This document shows positions 12,898-24,616 of a DNA stretch of 64,000 nt, one piece after another. Each line of letters begins with the position of its first letter. Position 1 is the stretch's first letter. The stretch comes from Novakomyces olei (Eukaryota), in the NCBI GenBank assembly GCA_016906335.1, contig JADEYG010000009.1:1302001-1366000 (forward strand). Reading direction: 5' to 3'. The notes under the pieces are model-generated. The model had not been told where the DNA came from. It worked only from the letters and a program-made list of their open reading frames with translations, and did no database searches. Position numbers and translations under genes: made by a program.

Positions 12898-15800
12898 CTA
12901 ACCAGTGCGCCTGCCAATCGCCAAATTCAAGCAAGTTGCAATAACGTAAAAACAAATAAGAGCCAGTCCCATTTTCCGATCGTACCAGTACCGATTAAGC
13001 GGCACCGCAATAAGCAGCAACAGCAGAACTAAAATCAAACTAATCGCGCTAATAACAAGAGTGCTGGTAATACGAAACGAAATCCCATCAGCCGGAGGCA
13101 ACGCTTCTCTCTTGCGAGGGCTTCCAAACAAAGCACTTACGCCTACGCCGATAAGAATATTCAACATTGGCCCTCCAAAAACGCCTCCAATAGCCATTTG
13201 TGAAAGACCCATTCGAGCAATTGCCGTATCTGCCACCCAATCAGCTACACTATTACCCGCAGCAAACACAGTAAGCCCCAGGACTGCATCGCTGACTCGA
13301 GTAATTGCTCCGACTGCGTGCAAGGCAGCAACAACCTCATTGGCTACGAGAGCAATCCAGCCAATAGAAACAGCGAATCCGAGAAAGCAAAAGATTATAC
13401 GCCGGGATGGGGGAGCAGCTACCGACGATGAATACCACGTACGGAGGAATAAAATAGCGGAAAACATAATGGCAGCAGCGTAGGCCGCGACATATGCCCT
13501 ATCGATTCCGGCCAAGAGGAGCGTAGTGACTATCGGGGACAAGAGGCAGTGAATATAAACAAGACTATTATTACAGGGCCCTTCGACTGTTTCGCCCTGA
13601 ATCGGCACTGAACTCAGACTCGGCGAAGAGCCAAAATTCTGGCCGGAGGCTGCTTCGCAAGGCTGATCTGCTTCATCTTGATGACGACGATAATGATTCT
13701 GATGGCTGTGGTGGTCTGTAGGGTATCCGCTTGTAGGTGAGTCAGTACGAAGCTCACCACCCGTGTCCACTACGGGCAGAGTCAAACGTAAAACAAGCAC
13801 GGCGGGTACGGAAACGATGCTCAGGCCAGCTTGAAGTGCCGATTTTTGGCGGAAATTTACCAGGGTCGGGAACAGCATGTAAATTAGGTTTTTCATCTGA
13901 GCCGTAAACCCTAACCCTAACCCTAGTTCTCCGTAATCGCCAGTGGAATTGCTTGTTGCGTGGTACGGGCCCCCGCCAAACGTACCGTTATCGAGAAAAT
14001 CTGTATTGATTTTAAGCACTGGGTTATTGCTGTTTAACTTGGCTGGCGTAGACGTTGATTGCGGTGAAGAACAGGAGCTCTGCTGCTCCTCTTCTCTTTG
14101 CAATGACCTTGTAGAAAAAAGCAAAGAGTCTCGGCGGCTCGCATTCGTGCTCTGAACAGGCTCTTTTCCAGATTCTGCTGATTCAGAATCCACATTACCA
14201 GTTCCTGGACCTCTATCGCGATTCTGGCCCTTTTTATCTGCATCGCTCTCTGCGAAAGGAGTAAGGGCATCGTCAACCGACATGGGCCTATTGAACGGTG
14301 GTGAAGAATACTGTTCCTGTCCTCGTTGCTGAGCGGGAAAAGCACTCTGTGATCTTTTTCTCCCCTTTACGACTCGTTCCGTCTCAAAGTCGGAACTCGA
14401 CCGCTCAATCCGCGTCGGCCGAGCTAAAGGCGAAGTGCACCTGACTAGTTTTGTACCGCTGATCTCACCATCTGCCCTGTACTCAGTCGGAGTCAAATGC
14501 CCTGAAGGCGACCGGTGTCGATGAGAGTGATGGTGAGAGAGATGATGATGACGAGATTGAAGACGCTGCAAATCTTGTTCGTTCTGCGAAAGATTTTGTA
14601 TGTCGTGCTCAGAGTTTGCGCGTCCTCGTGAAAAGAAAACAATATCTTTGTATTTTGGATTAGAAGGCCGTCGATTGGAAGGAGCGGCAGCGGCAAAAGA
14701 TGTATTAGTATCCTCCTCATTCAATGGACTCGCCGGCAGTAGTGGCGAAACTGTGGAGGACCGTGTTGTGTTGGTGTATAATCGACCCATTAAATCTCGA
14801 AAAGTGACAGAGTCTTCTTTGAAGCTCTTAATAAGGCTCTGAAACTCTAAAGCCCCTAGCAGTGAAGGTCTTATTCGGCCCTGTTCGAACGTCGCTGCAC
14901 TCGGTCTCATTACACTCATATTACGTTCCACATTAGCAAACTCCCATTGCAAAACAGGGTTTTGCTCTTCTGCCAAGGACACGTCAGGGTTTCCTTGATC
15001 ATTATTGTTAAACCAGCGAGATTCGTTAGAACCCGCTTCTTGTTCTTGTTCTTGTTCTTGTCCCTGTTCCTGTTCTTGTCCCTGTTCCTGTTCCTGAATT
15101 TGTCTTTGTTCTTGTTCTTGTTCTTCTCGACCTTCCTGTTCTCCGTGTCCTTCTTGTTGTCCTTGTCCTTGATCTTGGTCGTTATCACGGTATCCGGCTT
15201 CAAGATCGTCTGCGCTACACACAGATTCCGATACTGGAGCAGATGAGGGCAAAGAGGTCTGCATTGGATCTTGCTGTTGCTGCTTGAAAAAAGCATGACG
15301 TACACGTTGGCGCAGACCGTAAAGGCTCATTTTCCGTCTGTACAAGTGAGAGATGAATACAACGTAGCCCACGTAGCACGCATAATAGACAATCATACAA
15401 AAGCCCTGGACAAGACTCAAATTCCCATCAGCGAACCCAAATACAGTCAGGCACACTGCACCTAGAAAGAAGGTACAGTCTCGCAAAAAGAGCCGCCGTG
15501 GGATCTGAAACGGCCGCACTAGAGCCATACTGCCGCCCACGACAGCGATGATGAACAGGGCAGAGCCTAAGAGTTCGCCCAGAGCCATTGGAGCAGCCCC
15601 GGCTCGTACAGCAGCTATAGTTGAAAATACGTCTGGGCTCCCGTTTCCAAAGGCAAGCAGCGTTACCCCTGTAACCGACTGAGACAGATTCAGGTATGCG
15701 GCCATTGTAGAAAGGTTTGGGCAAAAGAAATCGCTTGCGGCTATTCCCACCATACCAAAGAGCCACATCGTCCAGAGGACAATAAGCAGGAATCCAAAAA

Positions 15801-16119
15801 CCTTTGCGTGGCTAAAAGTGCAATAGTAGAGCTCGAGGTACGGGACGACGCCTACTCGCTCACAATTACGGCTCACAAACTCGCATCTTTTGCTCGGAGG
15901 CAGTAATGCAACATCCCGGCACTGAGATATGTTAGTAATTATTTAACTTTTATTCTTGATCTCGCTGCTCTGGACTTTGCATCTCTTTCTTTCCAGGGTT
16001 TTCTTTACCTCCAAACGCGAGCCTTGCGTGGGCTCGTTCTCAGCGGCCACTGCTGTCGCCGCCACCACCGCCGCTGCAAACAGCAACAAGAGCAACGTGG
16101 CTCTGTTTGCAAACGTCAT
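12898..16119 (-). CDS. Cation/Ca2+ exchanger (CCX/NCLX-like); exon 1 16119-16009 (signal peptide), exon 2 15921-12898
   Basis: Alpha-1 repeat GVTLLAFGNGSPDVFST and alpha-2 repeat GLTVFAAGNSVAD...GGPMLN, with a long disordered central loop. Confidence 0.92.
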
Positions 16120-16569
16120 CGAACACGGCTTATAGCTCAATCCTACGTGGCCTCGTGAACCTGTAAAGATTTTGGCTGTATACGCTAAAGCAAAGATGGT
16201 AGTCTGCGGCCTTTGATAGTACTCATGGCCAATTTCATAGCACTGCAATCGTCATTTCCAGACTGCAATCGTATCGGCACCGCCAAGCAGGTATCTATCT
16301 ATCTTATCGTCATGTTGTTAGGGTTTTCAGGCGTATACTGTATATTCACATGATTTGTCTTGTATCGCTAAATCTGGATTAGCCTAATAATGTGTGCATA
16401 CAAAAATGCAGGCAAAGGGAAGGTGGTACCATAAATATGTAGAATATTGTACATATTTATTTATTCGTTTATTTATTCGTTTATTCATTTTTTTTATTCG
16501 TTTATTTATTTATTATTATCTATTTATCTAATCTTGAAACATTTTATGCGTCATTCACCTCCCTCGCCA

Positions 16570-18423
16570 TCACGCCTTTGCAACTTGCTCAATCTTGTTG
16601 GCAATAGCAAGTGTTTTATTGTCACTATACCCAGGCCCGACTATCTGCACAGCAACTTTGGCAAACTCCCACTTTGCCGGATCGTAATTGTCCCAATTGT
16701 ACTTGTCGTACTCGTTGCGCGGCTCGTACGCTGGTTTGGTATCGACATCCACGTCCACCTGTGTAACCGGCAAAACGACTGAAGGATAGTCCAAAAGATT
16801 CCATTGGCTCGTATAACCCCACCACCTCGAAGTACGCAACAGCTGCGAGGCACCAGCATTGACGGGGCACAGTAGCACGTCGATATTCGCCTTGTTCCAG
16901 TGTTCCAAGTACGACTGGCGGTAGGCCATTATATCCAGTATGATGGACGTGTACTCGTCCATACTGAGTTTACGTACATACTTATTTTCAAGGATAAACT
17001 TGCTCAGCTCCATTAATTTCTCCCCGCCGGCTTCACCAAATTTCAGTACTCTTTCCCCACCGTCGGGGAAATAGACACTGGCCGCCAGCTGCCAGCAGTG
17101 TAAATGCTGCCAAGGCTCAAACTCTACTATTTCGAATTGAGGGTCCTTTGATAGCTTTTCAATTACCGTATCAATCCCCCGTTCAATGGGCGGGTGGGGT
17201 CGGACTACTCCATCATCCTTCATTACTCCCACCCTGATTTTATGGGGCAGTGGCAGTTTGTCAATTGGTGTCCAGTTTATAGGAATAAGCTCTGGTTCTT
17301 GCTTGGGGCCATTGTAGTCTGCCATTGCCTGTAAAAACATTTCAAGTGCCTTTATCGAGCTGGCCATAGGACCAGCAGTCGGCGCAATGCCCTGTTGAAA
17401 GTAATGGCCGGCGTCTAATCCGGCCAAAGGCACTTGTCTCGTAGAGGGTCTCATCCCATAAATGCCATTGAAAGCACTGGGCGCTCTAATTGAGCCCCCA
17501 ATATCAGTTCCGATGCCCATAACGGAGCCACGAAAGCCGATAAGCGCTCCTTCACCGCCACTACTGCCGCCCGAAGTAAGATTTTTGTTAAAGGCGCAGA
17601 CAGTTGTTCCATAGATGGAGTTTTCACACTCAAGGTGCATAAGAAACTGCGGCTCAGTTGTCCTGACAAAGGGGATAGCTCCAGCATTGCTTAAAGCCGT
17701 AACTACTCCAGCGTCTTTTGTCTCTGGTTTCTTGGCGAGCCAGGAAACGTAAGATGCAGACAAGACTTTTCCCTTAATTGCAGCCAGTTCTTTTACGCTT
17801 ACGGGAAGACCATAGAGCGGGAGCGATGAAGGATCAGGATGATGTTCAAGTTCTTTGGCTCGGTCCAGAGCCTGGTCGAACATGGCTTCTGTTATACAGT
17901 TTGTACCTGCCTGTGCCAGATAAGCTCGACGGCAAAATGCTCTCATTACTGCGACCGGGGACAAATCCTTTCGCTGCATCGCGGGGACCAGGTCCTCCGG
18001 GTCCATTGAAGTGATTGCAAGCTCATCTTTGGTTAGGTACTTTTCTGCCAGTACTGACGGGTTGAGCCCGGGGTCAGCTATCACGGGAAAAGTGTCCCCT
18101 ATCGATTTGAGGGACGCGTCTCTCAGCTACTCCGTTAGACTGAACGTACAGAAAAGTCGACGAGACGAGGTGTAATAAAAAACAAAAGAAAAGTCCAATT
18201 CAGTAGCGAGGAAGCAAGAGAGAACGATAATTGAAGGGAGATAAACTGTGCATTCGAATTGAATAGGAGACCTTGACCCGTTTGAGTTTGAGAGGGATAT
18301 GCAAAATACTCGTTAAAGTGTTGAATCGTGGAGAAGAGTCTGTATTCAAACTATAGAGGAAACCATTGCGGATTGGCACCTTTGGATTCTTACCTCGAGC
18401 GCCTGCGTGACAAGGTCGGCCAT
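16570..18423 (-). CDS. Amidase-signature family enzyme (acetamidase/general amidase); 30-nt exon 1 (18423-18394), exon 2 18126-16570
   Basis: Catalytic Lys in PLYGLPVSVKE, signature GGSSGGEGAL...GTDIGGSIRAPS; MADLVTQALE|LRDASLK joins in frame. Confidence 0.92.
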
Positions 18424-18573
18424 ATTTGTCGTTCAATCGGCTCAGACTAGTCAGCTGCTCAATTCCTGCTCAATTCGGCGCAGAGTGCAATTGCGAGACT
18501 TCAATCAAGACAGCCAAGAAAAAGACAGAGCTTTACGCGTGTTTGAAAGCGAGTTTGAAGCGCAAAGTCGAGT

Positions 18574-18673
18574 GATAAAGTACTATTATTATATAATTCG
18601 GCAATAAAACATTGCCGTTGGATATACTAATTCCCGATAACGAGATAAGGCGGTGCAGTGCGAAATACGATAA
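18574..18673. promoter_or_regulatory. Cluster of four GATAA sites upstream of the amidase (putative nitrogen-regulatory GATA factor sites)
   Basis: GATAA at 18574, 18636, 18644 and 18669, 150-250 bp upstream of the ATG. Confidence 0.4.
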
Positions 18674-19671
18674 AGGTAATACTATCCTCCTACGCAATAA
18701 ATCATTTCTCCAGCCTGGAGTTTAGCACAGGGTTTTCCGAGTATGGAAGATTAGCTGCGTCCTAATATTTTACTTGTTTTCCAATTCACACGTTGTTTAA
18801 AGTTTATCAGTGTGGAGTCACACTGTACCAGCTTGCTTTGTCGCATTACCCTCCTGTCAAAGGCACTGAAGGTGCCTTTTGCCAATACATACCATTTAGG
18901 TTAGAAAAGGTTCAATTTCGCAGAATTTGCGACTAGTGATTTTTGTGCCTTCAGCTTTACAGTACAATAAATTAATAATCTTCTCCCGCCAAGCTGGCTG
19001 CTGGACCAGGCCAAATTAGAGTCCACGTCCATCAAGCCCACGTATGGATTGCATCGCAATTACAATGAGTTTAGACTTGCATATATTTCGCAAACTTTAC
19101 AATTGCATTCAGATTGCGTACTAGACATGGACGGGAAAGAATTTTTGATGTATACAGTATCTGGATGTGGTAAACGCGTTTGGCAAATGGCACGTTGAGG
19201 CTTTGCATTAGACTTGTCAGGTTCAACGACTGCAATCGTGTGATGTCAAAAGCAAGAGCATACTGGTAAAAAAGCTCTTGAAGCTCGCAGGCTCTGATTC
19301 AGATCGGGTCTATTTTGTTTGTCTGAAAAATGGCGCTCATAAGCCACATGTATTAGTTGTGTATTCTCTCACAAACAGCTCAGGACTCCAAACGTGGTTC
19401 GGCTCCATCACTGACTACGGGCAAAGATATAAAGTGGGCAGCTGGCTGTTTTCACTCATTTGTCCAAATGTCAAAAGACGGAGCGGGAGAGCAAGTAATA
19501 GAGCAAGTACAAGTAATAAAGAAAGCAAAACAAAGGCCGCACAAGTAATCAGTCAATTTATTCCGAGTAGGGTTTTCTCAGTATCGTATCAGGGTTTTCT
19601 TGGACGCGTAGAGGGAAAGTAAACAAGGCGACAGGCACGAATTCATTTCGAAATCACAGTTGCTATTCCGA

Positions 19672-22159
19672 ATGGATCAAGGCCGTCGGCGGCGCTCTGG
19701 CGCCAAAATCGCGGTAAACGATGACGCGCGAGAAAAAGAGTCTCTGCATAGACGCAAAGCGCTGAATAACAGCAGCAGTGATGCGGCAGTTGCGCGGACA
19801 CCTGTTCGCTCGACGCGATCGCGCGATTCATTCGGCATCGCAAACAACAGCAGTCCCGCCGATAGCAGTATAGCCGCTCTTCCAAAAGTCCCTGTTTTAG
19901 CAAACTTTGAGGAATGGATCAAAATGGCGACAGACAACAAGATCAATGCCGCAAACTCTTGGAATTTTGCTCTTATCGACTACTTTCATGAAATGTCCCT
20001 TCTCAAGGAGGGCAATGGTATAAACTTCCAGAAAGCCAGCTGTACCCTGGACGGCTGTGTCAAAATCTATACTTCCCGTGTCGACTCAGTAATCACGGAA
20101 ACGGGCAAGCTTCTCTCTGGCCTGGCGACAAATCCAGCTGCAAATTCTGAGGGAAAAGATTCCGAGAGTGATGGTGGGGCAAGCGATGACGATGAAGGCA
20201 ACGATGAATCTCGTGCCAAGCGTCGGCCACGCAAAACTGCAGCAGCAGCGTCTACACTGGCCAAAGATTTCGCTTCGCTCCAGGCAAAGACTTATGACCT
20301 TGAATTTGCCATCGATCCGCTGTTCAAGAAAATGTCGGCTGATTTTGATGAAGGAGGGGCTAAAGGCTTACTCATGAACCATCTTGATGTAGACAGCCAA
20401 GGCCGTATCATCTTTGACTCTATGGGCACCGACGAATCGTCAATGGAAGCAAATGGTGTGGAAAAACATACGTTTGCGACTGTGCCGATCAGTGACTTGG
20501 CGAACAAGTACTTTACGCAGTTCAAAGACGGCGGAGAGGAAGACGAGCTTGCGACTCTAGACGTTTGTCCTTCATTGAAGACTTTTGAGCTGGGGTCACC
20601 TACATCTGCTTACAATTTCGATCTCCTAAAGGAGTTTGGCATGGAAGGAGAAGGTGAGGGGAATACTGATGCTGCGCCCGCCGATTTTTTCAACGACGAT
20701 GGGTTCGGCAATGTGGGCGATAGTGCTGCCCTGGACGACGGGACGGATGCAGGTTCTTTGTTTTATAATGGCGCAGACGAGACGGCTTTCGATCCATTGA
20801 AGATGCTTGATGGAGCTGGATTGGGCGTAGCTTTTGCTGATAGTGAAGAAGCAGACAAGGACAATATTTTCACGTTCTTTGACCAAGCTCTTCGGAAAAA
20901 CTGGGCCGGTCCACAGCATTGGAAAATCCAAAACCTGGTCAAGAGTACGTTTGCTTTATTTATCTTTAAATTGATTTTATATTTTTTTATTATTATTTAT
21001 GTATTATTAAATAATCTTGCATTTGCTTATCTGATAATAGAAACCGTGAATGAGAATACCGCGACAAACAATATGGATGCAGCAGCTAAACGGCGGCGTG
21101 CAAAAGAGCAGCTTACGATCGACTTTATGCATTCAACAGACGAGCCTGACATTGAAGCACTGTTTGCTCCTGGCGGGTCAACAACAATGCTTCCAAAAAG
21201 CCACCGTAAAACACGGGCACAGAATTTACTTCCTGATGATATGCATTTCAACAGCAAGCAGCTTCTTCAGCTCTTTTTAAGGCCGGACGCGAGTGTAAGG
21301 AGCTTACGTAGAGCAAAGGGATCGAACACTATTCGCGGCGATGTGGCGGTGGAAGACGCTCATGGCCCTAATGAATTGGAACAACGTGACCCGGTAATGG
21401 ACGAGAATTATTGGGCAGAGCAAACTCAACTTCCTCCGGGTAAGTTTATTATAGAAATAAAAATAGAATCGAAAAAGAGTGAAAGAAGAATTGAAAACGA
21501 AAAAGGCGCAGAGGTTTAAAAAAGAGGGCAAATAACAGTCTTTGTGGAATGGCCAGTTTTTATCCTAAATAGTAGTGCTAACAAGGTCTGTAGAAGCCCC
21601 CGGCTATGATGCTAGTTTCTTCCAGGCTGGAGAACAGCCGACGAATGTGCCCTTGGCTGACGAGGACGAGGACGAGTTTGAAGATGCTCGTGAAACTCAG
21701 GATGATATGGCGAAGGGAGACACGACAAAGTTTGGAGCGCAGTTAGTAGTTGGGGCAGCATCAGCAAGACCAGACTATGTAAAGTACTCTCGGACGGCGA
21801 AGAAGGTGGACGTACGAAAGCTGAAGGATAATTTATGGCGACGGCTCGATATCAACGTGGTGGCAAAAGACGGCAAAAACGAATCTGCATCCGCTGAAGC
21901 CAACGGCTCAAATGAAAGCAATATAGACGCTAATGGATCACAAGCCGAATCGGACCCAGACCCCGTCAGATTTAGTCAGGTTGTGGGTAATTTGCATGAT
22001 TTGTATCCTCAAAAGCAACTCAAAGATATTTCGACATCGTTTTGTTTTATTTGTCTCCTTCATTTGGCGAACGAAAAGGGATTAGATATTCAAGGCACGA
22101 ATACAATGGACGACTTGCTGGTTCGCAAAGACTGGAATGCCGAGGTAATTGATGCATAA
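19672..22159 (+). CDS. BRN1: Condensin kleisin subunit (Brn1/Cnd2/barren); introns 20945-21040 and 21440-21593
   Basis: FEEWIKMATDNKINAANSWNFALIDYF, NFQKASCTLDGCVKIYTSRVD, DPLFKKMSADFDEGGAKGLL, WAGPQHW, AKKVDVRKLK, CFICLLHLANEKGL. Confidence 0.96.
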
Positions 22160-22500
22160 TCGCATAGTGTACATAATAAAATGCATCATTTCAATCGCTT
22201 TGTTTTGTATATTAAACAAATTTAGCTATATATTTTCATCAGTTTATTTTGTTCTAGTTTCTATTTCAGCGTTTTCACAAAGAGTATTTCTTTTAAATAA
22301 TAAGCCTTAAATTGGGTGAAATACCAAGCGATCCATAAGCTCCATACCTGCCCTTCCACGGCAAAAGTATTGCGCTAACAAAAGCCGCAAGTCATACATA
22401 TAGGCTATAGAATGTTTGTATTCTTACTACAGGTCAGACGTTTTCTGGTACAACATGATTTAATTACGGATAAGGGTATAAATCGTAAGCCATGCTGCTA

Positions 22501-23058
22501 TCAGTGCGACTGCTGATCGAGTAGATCGAGGTATCTGTCGGCGGAGAAACCGCCCGGAAGAGACCGAGGCGATTCAATAGTCTTGGGCACAAATAGAGAA
22601 AGCTGGTTTTGTAAGTGAATTGCCACTCAACAATAACTCGAGGCAAACAAAAATGAATCAAAATAAATCAAAATAAATCAAAAAACCGGTGGTTCAAAGA
22701 ATGGAACCGGACGATGTTTGAAGGCAAAAGACATGAAGAGTAGGCGCAGCGCACATTTAAACGCAAATCGAGGAATCAGATGTGTCTCAAGACACGGATC
22801 AAGCGAAAAGAAAAAGTAGCAGGACGCGAGGACTCGAGAGGGAAATGAATACTTCAAAAAATGAATACTTACGGCTGTATTTTTCAAGTCCGGAACCACG
22901 TATGTGTGTACTTTTCCATAGTCAATAAGAAACCGGTTTCGCCGCGACCAGCGGCCGAGGATTCCCACGCCGGTTCCGCGGTAATACTGACGGCCCTGCT
23001 TCCGCGTCATTGGCAGGCGCGAAGCGCCCTGCACGAAATTAGTGGCTCTGAAGGCCAT
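22501..23058 (-). CDS. MRPL27: Mitochondrial large ribosomal subunit protein mL41 (YmL27); exons 23058-22873, 22602-22501
   Basis: RLPMTRKQGRQYYRGTGVGILG...FLIDYGKVHTYVVPDL matches the mL41 family; exon 2 LSLFVPKTIESP continues in frame. Confidence 0.85.
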
Positions 23059-23318
23059 TTTAATTCTTTTTTGAGTCGAGATTCTATGAAATAAAATAAA
23101 TGTATTATAGAGTACGTACGTACGAAGCGAGCTTATTGTATCAATTATATCATATTATACCACAAAATAATACTAATCAAAAGTTTGAATATAGCGGTAG
23201 TTTTACTGGTATGGTATTAACTGTAAATATTTTACAGTATTGGCTCTTGAAATTAAATCAAATAAATACATAGAGCCGCCAATCGTTGAATCTCTGTCAA
23301 CGCAGAGTTCAGGGTGCC

Positions 23319-23765
23319 ATGAACGCGCCAGAGCGGTTTGAACTGTATCTTGTACCGGAAGGCGTTAAAAAGTATGAATCATTTTATTGCGCAGCGTTTA
23401 ACGTCCAGGATCGCATACGAGGCGGATAAGAAACTTCCAAATGCTGTTATTATAAAGATAGAAAAAGAAGATCATACTTTGGGCAACATGCTACGCGGGT
23501 AAGCCTGTCTCCAATGCTTGCTGCTCACTTTTAAAGGCAGCTACTGAAAAACAAAAACGTTATTTTCGCCGCCTATCGTGTGGAGCATCCTCTTGAACAT
23601 TCGTTTATTCTAAGGGTGCAGACGATCGATGCCGTAGACCCTAAAGACGCGGTAATGGACGCCGCTCGGGAGCTCATTGTCCAGCTTGACTTACTAAGAG
23701 CGAATTTTGAGCAGGAATGGGAACTGAAAAAGATATCTGCTGAGGGAGCAGAGAACGAGTTTTAG
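23319..23765 (+). CDS. RPB11: RNA polymerase II subunit Rpb11, 3 exons
   Basis: MNAPERFELYL, KEDHTLGNMLR, FAAYRVEHPL. Confidence 0.96.
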
Positions 23766-24616
23766 ATTATCCTCTCTACACGATCCTCTCTACACGACAC
23801 TACTAAAGATCTGTCCCTTATGCCCTCGCAACATGAAAACATTTCTCATTCTAGGCAATGGGTAGCAGGTCTCGGTACTTGCATCAGTCTATGATTCCCT
23901 AAAGTCGGCAATGACCGATCCCCACTATGGCTCTTGGCCATGGAGCACTTCACTTTGCTACAGATATCAGGCTTCTGTATCTTTTTAGTGTTGTAATAAT
24001 TGCAAATGCTATTGCTTTATCTATTCAATTTTACTCAAGTCTTTGACTTTAAAGATTTTTAATGATGTACGTCTGTTGGAATGTCAAACGAAACCACAGA
24101 CGCGTGCTGTAATTGGTGAAATAATGTTAGGTTATAACGCTCAAATATGTACACACACCGCATATTGCCAACGCAATAAAACGATTCCAAACGTCGCTCT
24201 GAATGGCCATCTGTCTTGTGCTCAATATTGTTTTACATTTCAAAGGCACTGCCTCAATCTTTTTGTATCTAGTCGATTCAACTAAGCGTCTTTTACACTT
24301 GTAGAACGGCGCTAATTAGCTAATTATTTATATAATTATATTTATATAATTATATTTAATTAATTATATTTATATAATTATATTTAATTAATTATATTTA
24401 ATTATTAATGTTCATTTATTTATTTAATTATTTTTATTTTTATTTTTATTTTTATTTATTAACATTTAATTAATTAATTATTTATTTAATTATAATATAT
24501 GAATCGCTATTCAAAACGCGCTAGTTGGAGAGTACCACGATCTACGTATATTAAAACTATAATGTACTAGGCGAGAGTACGTATCCGTCCCAGATCGGTA
24601 CGGCAATTGCACTCCA

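Noticed and set aside
13907-13927. AAACCCTAACCCTAACCCTAG as an interstitial telomere
   Set aside because: Only three units, lying in frame within the exchanger CDS (LGLGLG); the similar hit near 7253 is in Yip3 coding sequence
18740-18760. GAAGATTAGC resembling part of U6 snRNA
   Set aside because: The ACAGAGA box and the rest of U6 are absent
19278-19622. 114-aa ORF upstream of the condensin gene
   Set aside because: TTG start, no recognisable motif, and it overlaps the promoter elements
23800-23990. Possible snoRNA downstream of RPB11
   Set aside because: Small hairpins are present but there is no convincing paired C/D or H/ACA box arrangement; probably 3' UTR
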